The position numbers and the translations under genes are program-made. A stretch of 64,000 nucleotides of DNA, from contig DAOUKL010000102.1 of NCBI GenBank assembly GCA_034421335.1, forward strand, positions 2,292 through 66,291. The letters run 5' to 3'. The notes under the pieces were generated by a model. It was not told where the DNA came from. It worked only from the letters and a program-made list of their open reading frames with translations, and did no database searches. The DNA comes from Dehalococcoidia bacterium. Lineage in GTDB: Bacteria; Chloroflexota; Dehalococcoidia; Lucifugimonadales; Australimonadaceae. Within the stretch, counting starts at the first letter, position 1. Every line of letters starts with the position of its first letter. Shown piece by piece: positions 18,550 through 27,291 of the stretch.

Positions 18550-19127
18550 GTTCTCCGTTCCACCGAGCGCCTGCGTCCGGCGATTGCTCCCCACGCCAGC
18601 CAGAGGATGGGCAGGAGCAGTCCCAGCCCTGCGATCAGCGCCGTCCACGGAAACCGGGCGCTGGAAACGACGTCGACCGTCAGGGAGAGAGCGGCGGGGC
18701 CGCGCTCGGAATCGATGTTGACCTGCACTTGCCACGCTCCCTCGCTCGCGGGCGCGAGCGTCGCCGAGTAGTCGTTAGCGCCGGTCAGGAAGACGCGCGA
18801 TGCGACGGCAGGGCCAAGCCGCTCGCCGTTCTGCGTCGCCGTCGCCACCACACGCGGGTTGTAGCCGAGCCGCGCCTCCGGGTCGTCGGGCTCGAACGTC
18901 GCGACGATTTCCAGGAAACCGACGAGCGGCACGGCGGAAACTCGGAGCTCATAGGGTCCCTGGGCGCCGCGGAACAGTTCGACTTCGAACTCGTGCTGGC
19001 TGCCGTGAGCGTAGGCGGGCGCCGCCCCTGCCGCAAACGCGAGCGCCGCCAGAAGCGCGGCGCCGGCCGGCGCTGCGAACGCCGCCGGAACTCCAGCCGA
19101 GCGCCGCCCGTGCGGCTCGGTTTTCAT
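18546..19127 (-). CDS. Secreted, C-terminally anchored protein of unknown function (…AAPAYA|HGSQHEFEVEL…)
   Basis: 193 aa starting at MKTEPHG. Signal peptide, a beta-rich domain, then a C-terminal TM (WTALIAGLGLLLPILWLAW) followed by RRRS. A 4-nt ATGA overlap joins it to the next gene. Confidence 0.7.
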   Translation of the reverse strand: MKTEPHGRRSAGVPAAFAAPAGAALLAALAFAAGAAPAYAHGSQHEFEVELFRGAQGPYELRVSAVPLVGFLEIVATFEPDDPEARLGYNPRVVATATQNGERLGPAVASRVFLTGANDYSATLAPASEGAWQVQVNIDSERGPAALSLTVDVVSSARFPWTALIAGLGLLLPILWLAWGAIAGRRRSVERRT

Positions 19128-19223
19128 CAGCTCCTCACCCTGTTCCGTCCCCTCCCGCGCCCCGTGTGCTCCCGATTCCGCTACACTAAGTTTACAGTCC
19201 CCTAACCTGCTGCGAGGCCTTCC

Positions 19224-19688
19224 ATGACCAACTACTGGCTGTTCAAGTCGGAGCCCACTACCTACTCCTACGACGACCTGGTCGCCGACGGCGTGGCCGA
19301 GTGGGACGGCGTTCGAAACTTCCAGGTGCGCAACTGGCTGCGCGACGCCATCAAACCGGGCGACGGCGTGCTGTTCTGGCATTCGAGCGCCAATCCGATC
19401 GGGGTAGTCGGCTCCGCGACTGTCGTCAGCGAGGGCTACCCGGACCACACGGCGTGGGACCCGGCGTCCGATCACCCAGACCCCAAGAGCACGCCCGACA
19501 AGCCCATCTGGTGGATGGTCGACATCAAGGCCGACCGCAAGTTCAGCGACATCGTAACCGCCGACGAACTCCGGGCTGTCCCGGAGCTCGCGGACATGGT
19601 TGTCCTCAAGCGCGGCAACCGCCTGTCGATCACACCCGTTACCGAAGCGGAGTTCGAGACTGTCATGCGCATCGGCCTCGGCAGGTAG
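19224..19688 (+). CDS. EVE (PUA-like) domain protein
   Basis: 154 aa. Reads MTNYWLFKSEPTTYSYDDL...WDGVRNFQVRNWLRD.IKPGDGVLFWHS, the typical EVE/DUF55 N-terminus. Confidence 0.8.
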   Translation: MTNYWLFKSEPTTYSYDDLVADGVAEWDGVRNFQVRNWLRDAIKPGDGVLFWHSSANPIGVVGSATVVSEGYPDHTAWDPASDHPDPKSTPDKPIWWMVDIKADRKFSDIVTADELRAVPELADMVVLKRGNRLSITPVTEAEFETVMRIGLGR

Positions 19689-19690
19689 GC

Positions 19691-20647
19691 CTACGCGAAC
19701 TGCGGAACCACCTCGGCGGCGAAGCGCTCCATCACGGAGCGGTCGAACGGGCGCGGCGTCATCAGGATGAAGTGGTCGACCCCCGCCTCGTTCCAGCGGC
19801 CCACCTGCTCCACGATCTCCCCGGGTGAACCGAGGAACATCGAATCACGCACCTGGTCCTCCGGCGAGGAGTAGTAGTCGGTCTTCTGCGTTGCGAGGCT
19901 GGCGCCGCGCGCAACGGTCTGGTCGATCTCGGCCTTGTCGTCGCTCAGCTTGATCTGAATCTGCACGGAATGGCGCATCGCCGAGAAATCTCGTCCCGTC
20001 TCGTCGCAGACGGCCTGCATCCGGGCGAGGTTCACCTTCGCCTCTTCGAGCGGCGCTATCTGGTTGTAGTCGTCGGCGTGCTTGGCGGCGATGCGAAGCG
20101 TGCGGTCGCCGCGTCCGCCCACGATGATGGGCGGGTGCGGCTGCTGGACGGGCTTGGGCATCTGGGGCGCCTCGTCGAGGTTGTAGTACGTCCCGTGGAA
20201 GGTGGCGGGCTCCTCAGTCCAGATGGCCTTGATGACCGAGAGCGCCTCGTCGAGGCGGTCGGCGCGCTCGGCGAACCGCGGGAACGGCATGCCGTGGACG
20301 TCAAACTCGTGCTTGACGTTGCCGGAGCCGATGCCCATCTCGGCGCGTCCGCCCGATGCGTGGTCGATCGTGTTGACGATCTTGGCGGTCATCACCGGGT
20401 GGCGCAGGTTGTTGTTGATGACCAGCATCCCCAGCCGGAGGTTCTTCGTGTGCCCGGCCATGGCGGCCATGACCGTCAGCCCTTCCAGCCGCGCGGGCGT
20501 CGCGCCGCGTCCGCCGGAGATCTGCATGAGGTGGTCGGACGGGTAGAAGCCGTGAAAGCCGAGTTCGTCGCACGTCTGGCAGATTTCGAGGAAGTCCGCC
20601 CATTCGAGTCCTGAGCTTCCGCCGACACTGAAGAGCGCCTTGGCCAC
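19691..20647 (-). CDS. LLM-class (luciferase-like) F420/flavin-dependent oxidoreductase, copy 2
   Basis: GTG start with AGGAGG 6 nt upstream (VAKALFSVGGSSGLEW...). Reads ...FYPSDHLM...NNNLRHPVMTAKIVNTIDHASGGRAEMGIGSG.... Intact; paralogous to the upstream copy. Confidence 0.85.
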   Translation of the reverse strand: MAKALFSVGGSSGLEWADFLEICQTCDELGFHGFYPSDHLMQISGGRGATPARLEGLTVMAAMAGHTKNLRLGMLVINNNLRHPVMTAKIVNTIDHASGGRAEMGIGSGNVKHEFDVHGMPFPRFAERADRLDEALSVIKAIWTEEPATFHGTYYNLDEAPQMPKPVQQPHPPIIVGGRGDRTLRIAAKHADDYNQIAPLEEAKVNLARMQAVCDETGRDFSAMRHSVQIQIKLSDDKAEIDQTVARGASLATQKTDYYSSPEDQVRDSMFLGSPGEIVEQVGRWNEAGVDHFILMTPRPFDRSVMERFAAEVVPQFA

Positions 20648-20720
20648 GGGTAGCCTCCTGCGGGATGTTTCGCGCGCTATCGGGGATGATAGCGGGTTGC
20701 GGAAGGCTACGCTCGCCTCC

Positions 20721-21685
20721 CTACCGAAACTGGGGCGCGACCTTGGCCATGAACGTTTCGAGCGGTTCGGGCGTGAACGGGCGCGGGGTGGTGAGGATGA
20801 AGTGGTTGACGCCCGCCTCGACCCACCGCCCCACCTGTTCGACGACTTCGTCGGGCGAGCCGAGCAGACGCGAGTCGGCCACGTGCTCGCGGAGGTCGGA
20901 GTAGCCGGGCGCGAGGTTGTGCGCGCCGTAGTTGAAGCTCGCAACGGCGTTGTCGAGCGCGCGGTCGGCCTCGGCGCGGTTCTCGACGAAGGCGAACGGC
21001 GTCTGCACCGAGAAGCGCATGGCGGTCCGCGGCCTTGCTCGGCGGCGGCCTCGCGGAAGCGCGCGATGTTGCGGGCGACCTGCCGCACCGGCGCGATCTG
21101 GTCCCAGTCGTCGGCGTGCTTGAGTGCGACGCGCAGAATTCTCGAACTGATGCCGCCGACGATGATGGGTGGGTGCGGCTGCTGCACCGGCTTCGGCATC
21201 TGCGGAGCGTCGCGCAGCGCGTAGTAGTCGCCCTCGAAGTTGGCGGGCTCCTCGGTCCAGATGGCCCTGATGACAGAGAGCGCCTCGTCGAGCATGGCGA
21301 TGCGCTCGGCGGGCGGAGGGAAGTCGAAGCCGTGGACGCGGTGCTCGGGCTCGGACCAGCCCGCGCCGAGGCCGAACTCGGCGCGTCCGCCGGAGGCGTG
21401 ATCGATGGTGTTGAATATCTTGGCGGTCATCACCGGGTGGCGGAAGAGGTTGTTGGCGACGAGCACGCCGAGCCGGAGCGTCGTCGTGAAGCCGGAGACC
21501 GCGGCCATGGCCGTGAGGGCGTCGAGCCGGTCGGGCGACGGCCCTTTGCCCGCCTGAACGGTCATCAGGTGGTCGGAGGGATAGAACGCGAAGTAGCCGG
21601 TCTCCTCGCAGGCCCGGCAGACGTCGACGAAGCCCTGCCATCCCAGGCCGGAACTCCCGCCGATGGAAAACAGGGGCGAGTTCAT
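20721..21685 (-). pseudogene. LLM-class F420/flavin-dependent oxidoreductase, copy 1, with an apparent 1-nt frameshift near 21021-21034
   Basis: The N-terminal ~220 aa (MNSPLFSIGGSSGLGW...ARFREAAAEQGR) are in one frame. The C-terminal ~100 aa (TAMRFSVQTPFAF...KVAPQFR) are in the frame of ORF 20721-21824. Paralogue alignment (…ETGRDFSAMRHSVQ…) puts the junction in ggccgcggaccgccatg. Confidence 0.7.
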
Positions 21686-21840
21686 GCGCGCATGATAGCG
21701 GCTGCGGCGCGGCGGCGCGCCGGCCCTCTCCCCTGCCCCTTCCCCCTCGGAGGCGGGTTCCGGTTGAGGGGCGCCGCCCATTGATGTAGGGTTTCGAGTG
21801 CAACGCGGGACGCGCTCCCGCCATCTACGGAGAGAGGCGA

Positions 21841-23085
21841 ATGACGAACAACAGGCAACTCGGGCTGGCGATGATTGGCATCGGCGTCGGCGGGACGGAG
21901 ATGCTCCCCGCGATGGAGTCGATGCCGGAACTGAAACTGGTGGCCGGCTGCGACGTGAACGAGGAGACGCTCGGACAGTTCAGCGCGCGTTACAACGCCA
22001 AGGGATACGGCGATTACGACGAGATGCTCGCCGACCCCGAGGTCGAGGCGGTGTGGGTGTCAACCCCCAACCGATTCCACGCCGAGCACTCGATACGGGC
22101 GATGGAGGCCGGCAAGCACGTCGTCGTCGAGAAGCCGATGGCGCTCAACCTCGAAGACGCCGAGAAGATGGTCGAGACGGCCAACCGCACGGGCGTGAAG
22201 TTCCTGGCTGGGCACACGCGCTCGTTCACGCCTCCCGTCCGTACTATGTGGAAGATCATCCAGTCCGGCGCCATAGGGCGGGCGCGGGCGATCAACGCCT
22301 TCGCCTACACCGACTGGATGCTGCGCCCGCGCACGTGGGAGGAGCTAGACATCGAACAGGGCGGCGGCCTGCCCATGCGCCAGCTGCCGCACCAGATCGA
22401 CAGCGTGCGTCTGCTGGGCGGCGGCATGGTCAAGAGCGTGCGCGGCGCCACGGGGCAGTGGATGCCCGAACGCGCCATCCCCGGCTACTACGCCGCGTTC
22501 CTCGAATTCGAGGACGGGACGACCTCGCTCGTGTGCCACAACGGCTACGGCTACGTGATGGGCGCCGAGTTCGTTACGTGGGGTCACGACCGGCAGCGCT
22601 ACACCGCGGAGGAGCGCGTGGAGGTGCGGCGGCAGATGCGGGAGGGCGTCCGCGACGAGTCTGCGGACAAGCAGGCGCTGCGCATCGGCGGCCTGCAGGA
22701 GCGCGAGGTCTTCAAGGCCGAGAACGAGGAACTCTGGGTGCCCGAGGACCTTGGCCTGCTCATCGCGACGTGCGAGCGGGGCGACATCCGCCACGGCCCG
22801 CGCGGACTCATCCTCTACGACGACCGCGGCACGCACGAGATCGACCTCTCCATCGACCGCGACATGGGCCCCGGCTACCGCCGCGCGGAGCTCGAGGAAC
22901 TGTACGATGCGGTGATCGGCGACAGGCCCATCTTCCACACGGGCGAATGGGGCCTCGCGACCCTCGAAGTCGTCCTCGGCATCATTCAATCCGGCAAGGA
23001 AGGCCGGGAGATTGCGATGACCCGCCAGGTCCCCGTCCACGAGCGCTACGCGGAGGCCCGCAACTTCTCGCCGGTGTCCGTGTAG
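21841..23085 (+). CDS. Gfo/Idh/MocA family oxidoreductase (414 aa), copy 1
   Basis: Rossmann N-terminus LGLAMIGIGVGG, the EKP motif (KHVVVEKPMAL) and GHTRSF. Confidence 0.85.
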   Translation: MTNNRQLGLAMIGIGVGGTEMLPAMESMPELKLVAGCDVNEETLGQFSARYNAKGYGDYDEMLADPEVEAVWVSTPNRFHAEHSIRAMEAGKHVVVEKPMALNLEDAEKMVETANRTGVKFLAGHTRSFTPPVRTMWKIIQSGAIGRARAINAFAYTDWMLRPRTWEELDIEQGGGLPMRQLPHQIDSVRLLGGGMVKSVRGATGQWMPERAIPGYYAAFLEFEDGTTSLVCHNGYGYVMGAEFVTWGHDRQRYTAEERVEVRRQMREGVRDESADKQALRIGGLQEREVFKAENEELWVPEDLGLLIATCERGDIRHGPRGLILYDDRGTHEIDLSIDRDMGPGYRRAELEELYDAVIGDRPIFHTGEWGLATLEVVLGIIQSGKEGREIAMTRQVPVHERYAEARNFSPVSV

Positions 23086-23140
23086 GCGCCGGATCCGGGA
23101 CCGACAGAACAGCAGGACAACCAACGACAAGGAGCCACAC

Positions 23141-24400
23141 ATGACAAGCGTAGAAGCGAAGCCGCTGAAGCTCGGAGTTATCGGCATCGGCGTGGGCGCG
23201 GCGGAGATGCTGCCGCCCATGGAACGCGCGCCGTACATCGACCTGTTCGCGGGCGCGGACGTCAACCCGGACGTGCGCAGCCGGTTCAAGGCGCGCTACG
23301 AGGAGGCCCGCGTCTACGACAGCGCGGAGGCGCTGTGCAACGACCCCGACGTCGAGGCCGTGTGGATATCGACGCCCAACCGCTTCCACGGCCCGATGAC
23401 GGTGCTGGCGGCCAACCACGGCAAGCACGTGGTCGTCGAGAAGCCAATGGCGCTCGACATCCGGCAGGCGGAGGAGATGGTCGAGGCGTGCGAGAAGAAC
23501 GGCGTGAAGCTCGTAGCCGGCCACACGCAGAGCTTCCAGCCGCACGTCCGCCTGATGCGCCAGATCGTCGCCTCCGGCGAACTCGGCCAGCTCGGCGCCG
23601 TCAACGCCATCGCGTACACCGACTGGGTGATTCGTCCGCGCACCGCCGACGAGCTCGACCCCAACCAGGGCGGCGGCCTCGTGTACCGCCAGACGCCGCA
23701 CCAGATCGACAGCATCCGGCTCATCGCCGGCGGCAAGGCGACCAGCGTCCGGGGCGCTTACGGTCAGTGGATGAAGTACCGCTCCATCCCCGGCTACTAC
23801 GCTGCGTTCCTGGAGTTCGAGAACGGCGTAACCGGCGTGGCAATTCACAACGGCTACGGATACTTCGTGGCCTCCGAACTCGTTCCCTGGGGCGACGCCA
23901 ACACGCGCTACACGCCGAGCGAGCGCAACAACATCCGCAGGTCGATGGCCGCCGGAACACGCCCCGAGGACGCGGAGAAGCTCTCGCTGCGCATCGGCGG
24001 CGAGGCCGAGAGCGCCATCTTCCGACGGGAGCGCGGGCCGGAGCAGTGGAAGCCGAACGACCTCGGAATCGTCATCGTCAGCTGCGAGTTCGGTGAGCTG
24101 CGCCAGGGCCCCGAGGGGCTGTACAAGTACACCGACGACGGCCTCACCGAGCTCATGGTGGACTCCGACCCGCTGCACCGCGACCAGGAGCTGGAGGAAC
24201 TGTTCAACGCCGTGCGGCACGACCGTCCGGTGTTCCACAGCGGCGCGTGGGGCATGGCCACGCTGGAGGTCGGCCTCGCCATCAATGAGTCGACGAAGAC
24301 TCACAAGCAGGTCGAGCTCACCCACCAGATAGAAATGCCGGCGGAGTACGACGTCGAGTACAAGGTCGAGGTGCTCGAAGAGCGGAAGATCGACCACTAG
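23141..24400 (+). CDS. Gfo/Idh/MocA family oxidoreductase (419 aa), copy 2
   Basis: LKLGVIGIGVGAAEM, KHVVVEKPMAL and GHTQSF. Collinear paralogue of copy 1 along its whole length. Confidence 0.85.
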   Translation: MTSVEAKPLKLGVIGIGVGAAEMLPPMERAPYIDLFAGADVNPDVRSRFKARYEEARVYDSAEALCNDPDVEAVWISTPNRFHGPMTVLAANHGKHVVVEKPMALDIRQAEEMVEACEKNGVKLVAGHTQSFQPHVRLMRQIVASGELGQLGAVNAIAYTDWVIRPRTADELDPNQGGGLVYRQTPHQIDSIRLIAGGKATSVRGAYGQWMKYRSIPGYYAAFLEFENGVTGVAIHNGYGYFVASELVPWGDANTRYTPSERNNIRRSMAAGTRPEDAEKLSLRIGGEAESAIFRRERGPEQWKPNDLGIVIVSCEFGELRQGPEGLYKYTDDGLTELMVDSDPLHRDQELEELFNAVRHDRPVFHSGAWGMATLEVGLAINESTKTHKQVELTHQIEMPAEYDVEYKVEVLEERKIDH

Positions 24401-24418
24401 AGCGCCCGCGCGCCCTTC

Positions 24419-24533
24419 GTCATTCCCGCGAAGGCGGGAATCCGTCCCGTGGATGCGGACGTAGGGGGCAGGGCGTTGCGCGGGGGCGTTAGAGGGATTG
24501 CCGGATGGACTCCCGCCTTCGCGGGAGTGACGG
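24419..24533. repeat. Two inverted copies of the 'GGATTCCCGCCTTCGCGGGAATGAC' hairpin repeat
   Basis: gtcattcccgcgaaggcgggaatcc at 24419-24443, and ggatggactcccgccttcgcgggagtgacgg at 24503-24533 in opposite orientation. Translating them yields the junk peptides IPAFAGMT and MDSRLRG. Confidence 0.85.
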
Positions 24534-24603
24534 AACAGGGCGAGGGCGTCATCGAACGGGTGGGATGACGGAACGAAGGACAACGAAGAAGGAGCACACG
24601 GCA

Positions 24604-25686
24604 ATGACCATCGCGATCTCACATGGCGGCGGCGCCAACGTCCTCACGGCCGAGGCGCCCAGCGACGAGGCGCTCGTCGGCACCATCGACGGCGTCGTCC
24701 GCATCGTGCGCGGCGCGGCCGGCTGGGCCGCCGTCGAGCGCACGCTCGAGGGCAAGCACATCCACGCGCTCGTGCAGGACCCGCAGAGCGGAACGTGGTT
24801 CTGCGGGGTCGAGTTCGGCGGCGTCTACGCCAGCGAGGACGACGGCCGCACATGGGAGAAGCGGGACGACGGCATGACCGAGCAGGACGTCTACAGCCTC
24901 TCGGTCGCCGAAATCGACGGCAGGACCCGTGTGTTCGCCGGCACGGAGCCCGCCCACCTGTTCGTCAGCGACGACCTGGGCCGCACGTGGACCGAGAAGC
25001 CCGCGCTCCACGCCCAGGAGACGGAGGAGTGGCGCTTCCCCGCGCCGCCCCACGTCGCCCACCTCAAGCACATCAGCTTCCGCCCCGGCGACGTGGGCAC
25101 GGTGTACGCGAGCATCGAGCAGGGCGGACTGTACCGCTCCACCGACGGCGGCGACACCTTCACCGAGATCCCCGGGATGTACAACGACGTCCACCGTCTC
25201 GTATCGAACCCCGCCGACCCCCGGCGCATGTTCGTAACCGGCGGCGAGGGGCTGTGGCTCTCGCGGGACGACGGCGCGACGTGGGACAACGTGTTCAGCC
25301 GGGGCAGCGAGTTCGGCGGCTACCCCGACCAGCTCGTGTACAAGCCGAGCGACCCGTCGTACATGCTCATCACGGCTGGCCAGAAGAGCCCCGGAAACTG
25401 GCGCCGCGACGGCGCGGCGGAGACGCGCATCTCCCGTAGCCGCGACGCCGGCGAAACCTGGGAAGTGCTCGCCGCGCACGGCCTCGACGACAAGTTCGTT
25501 CCGAGCGTCGAGGCGATGACGCTGGAGGAGTCCGGGGACGTCGTGCAGGTGTTCGCCGCCACGTCCCACGGCGAAGTGCTTTGGTCCGACGACGCCGGCG
25601 ACTCGTGGCAAAAGGCCGTAACCGGCCTCGCCCCGGTCTCCAAGGGCAACCACTACATGGCCTTCACCGTCGACCCGAGGGTTTAG
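24604..25686 (+). CDS. BNR/Asp-box repeat beta-propeller protein (sialidase/Ycf48-like fold), paralogue 1
   Basis: 360 aa, with AAGGAG before the ATG. Six Asp-boxes: SEDDGRTW, SDDLGRTW, STDGGDTF, SRDDGATW, SRDAGETW, SDDAGDSW. Confidence 0.8.
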   Translation: MTIAISHGGGANVLTAEAPSDEALVGTIDGVVRIVRGAAGWAAVERTLEGKHIHALVQDPQSGTWFCGVEFGGVYASEDDGRTWEKRDDGMTEQDVYSLSVAEIDGRTRVFAGTEPAHLFVSDDLGRTWTEKPALHAQETEEWRFPAPPHVAHLKHISFRPGDVGTVYASIEQGGLYRSTDGGDTFTEIPGMYNDVHRLVSNPADPRRMFVTGGEGLWLSRDDGATWDNVFSRGSEFGGYPDQLVYKPSDPSYMLITAGQKSPGNWRRDGAAETRISRSRDAGETWEVLAAHGLDDKFVPSVEAMTLEESGDVVQVFAATSHGEVLWSDDAGDSWQKAVTGLAPVSKGNHYMAFTVDPRV

Positions 25687-25704
25687 CCCCCGTAGACGAT
25701 CGCG

Positions 25705-25745
25705 ACGCAAGAGGCCCTCAGCGTACCGCCGGGGGCCTCTTGCGT
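25705..25745. terminator. Bidirectional terminator hairpin
   Basis: acgcaagaggccc (25705-25717) pairs with gggcctcttgcgt (25733-25745). It lies between convergent genes. Confidence 0.6.
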
Positions 25746-25765
25746 TGGGGGTTGAGACCCGCCGC

Positions 25766-26518
25766 CTACCCGTTGAGGTGCGCGCCGCCGGTTACGGGGA
25801 GGATGGCGCCGGTGATGTGGCGGGCGGCGTCGGAGGCGAGGAAGGCGATAGCCTCCGCCACGTCCTCCGGCTGGCCGATGCGCCCAAGCGGCACGCGCTT
25901 CGCCATCGCCTCTTCGACCTCCGGGGTGACCTCGCCGACCATCGGTGTGGCCGTCGGGCCCGGCGCGACGCAATTGACGCGGATGCCGTCGCGGGCGTGG
26001 TCGAGCGCCATCGCCTGCGTGAGATTATGCACGCCGGCCTTGGCCGCGCCGTAGGCCGCCCTCCCCGCAGGGCCGCGGAACCCGGAGATAGCCGACACGT
26101 TGATCACCACGCCTCCCCTGCCCTGTTCCAGCATCCGCAGGATGGCGGCGCGGGCGACGAGGAACGTGCCCGTGAGGTTCGTGTCGATGGCGCCGGCCCA
26201 GCGCTCCGGCGTAAGCTCGGCGGCCGATCCCGTGGTTCGGATGCCGGCGGCGTTCACTGCGACGTCGACGCCGCCGTAACGGCTGACGGCCTCGCCGATG
26301 GCGCGGTCGACCTCGTCAGGCCGACGGATGTCCGTGCCGACGAAGAACGCCTCGCCGCCGGCGCTGCGGATGGCCGCGGCGGTCGCGGCGCCCGCCTCGG
26401 ACGAGCGAGAGAGCCCGACGACGCTGGCGCCCTCGGCGGCGAGGAGCATGGCGGCGGCCTGTCCGATGCCGGAGCCGAAGCCGGTTACGATTGCGGTCTT
26501 GCCGTCGAAGCGTCCCAT
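25766..26518 (-). CDS. SDR-family oxidoreductase (FabG-like)
   Basis: 250 aa. TGxxxGIG (AIVTGFGSGIGQA), NVSA and YxxxK (YGAAKAG). Its start codon overlaps the stop of the upstream gene by 1 nt. Confidence 0.9.
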   Translation of the reverse strand: MGRFDGKTAIVTGFGSGIGQAAAMLLAAEGASVVGLSRSSEAGAATAAAIRSAGGEAFFVGTDIRRPDEVDRAIGEAVSRYGGVDVAVNAAGIRTTGSAAELTPERWAGAIDTNLTGTFLVARAAILRMLEQGRGGVVINVSAISGFRGPAGRAAYGAAKAGVHNLTQAMALDHARDGIRVNCVAPGPTATPMVGEVTPEVEEAMAKRVPLGRIGQPEDVAEAIAFLASDAARHITGAILPVTGGAHLNG

Positions 26519-27291
26519 CAGATGACCGGCAGCGGGTCGATCCGGCCGTTAGCGATCTCGGCGATGCGGGCCTCGTCCGGCTCGACGCCGTACATCTCCG
26601 AGCGCATTCGAAGGCGGTCGGCGCAGATGACGGTCAGCATCTCCCGCAGCAGTTCGAGTTCCGCGAGGTCGTCGAGTTCGCTCTCGACGCTCTCGGCGCC
26701 GTGCTCGCCGTGGCCGACCTCGTCGTCGTAGACGATGCGGGAGGCGCGCTTGATGCGCAGCAGCAGCGGGTCGTCGGTTTCGAGGGCCGCGCCCGCGTGG
26801 AAGATGCCGGCGCCGCCGCCCTCGGCGAAGTTGTAGGCGATGTGCGCGATGCGCTCGTTCCGCGAGATGAGGCGCTCACGGGTCGCCTCGATGTGGGCGT
26901 CGCCAGGGAGCCGCAGACCGTCGAGGTCGCTCATGCGGACAGGTTCGCCGGTGATGTCCTCCAGGATGTCGGCGAAGAGGCGGAAGTGCGTGAACTCCTG
27001 CCGGAGCGATTCGAGTTGGTACTCGAGCGCATCCCTGCCCTCTTTGGATTCGGCGACGGGGAGGCCGGCGCGGATGTTGTCGATGAGCCAGTCGACGCGG
27101 CTGTGGGCGCGGTGGAGGAGTCCGGGGCCACGCAACTCGCGGTAGCACTGATGGCGGAGCCAGTGAACGTGGTCGAGGGGCTCGTGGGGCGCGGAGAGGA
27201 AATTGCGGGCGATCTCGGCCTCGCCGGCCCAGAAGCGCTGGCCCATCGCGCGTATCTGCGCCTTCAGGTCTTCTACCGTGGCGGTGGTCAT
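26518..27291 (-). CDS. Uncharacterised protein with E/ExxH/E/ExxH pattern (putative ferritin-like di-iron protein), paralogue B
   Basis: 257 aa. RFWAGEAE, LRQEFTHFRLFADILE, FAEGGG and DDEVGHGEHG, collinear with paralogue A. Family assignment is inferred from the motif pattern only. Confidence 0.7.
   Translation of the reverse strand: MTTATVEDLKAQIRAMGQRFWAGEAEIARNFLSAPHEPLDHVHWLRHQCYRELRGPGLLHRAHSRVDWLIDNIRAGLPVAESKEGRDALEYQLESLRQEFTHFRLFADILEDITGEPVRMSDLDGLRLPGDAHIEATRERLISRNERIAHIAYNFAEGGGAGIFHAGAALETDDPLLLRIKRASRIVYDDEVGHGEHGAESVESELDDLAELELLREMLTVICADRLRMRSEMYGVEPDEARIAEIANGRIDPLPVI

Noticed and set aside
19691-21781. A 696-aa ORF that looks like a natural fusion of two LLM oxidoreductase domains.
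   Set aside because: The middle ~130 residues are Arg/Ser/Pro-rich out-of-frame nonsense. The true C-terminus of copy 1 is readable in another frame (ORF 20721-21824). Copy 2 has its own AGGAGG-GTG start at 20647. This is a frameshift read-through, not a fusion.
24397-24603. Short ORFs encoding MDSRLRGNDG..., ...IPAFAGMT... and ...SFPRRRESI... Others lie at 34667-35017 and 62324-62614.
   Set aside because: They are translations of the GGATTCCCGCCTTCGCGGGAATGAC hairpin repeat in different frames and orientations, and they recur wherever the repeat occurs. They are not genes.
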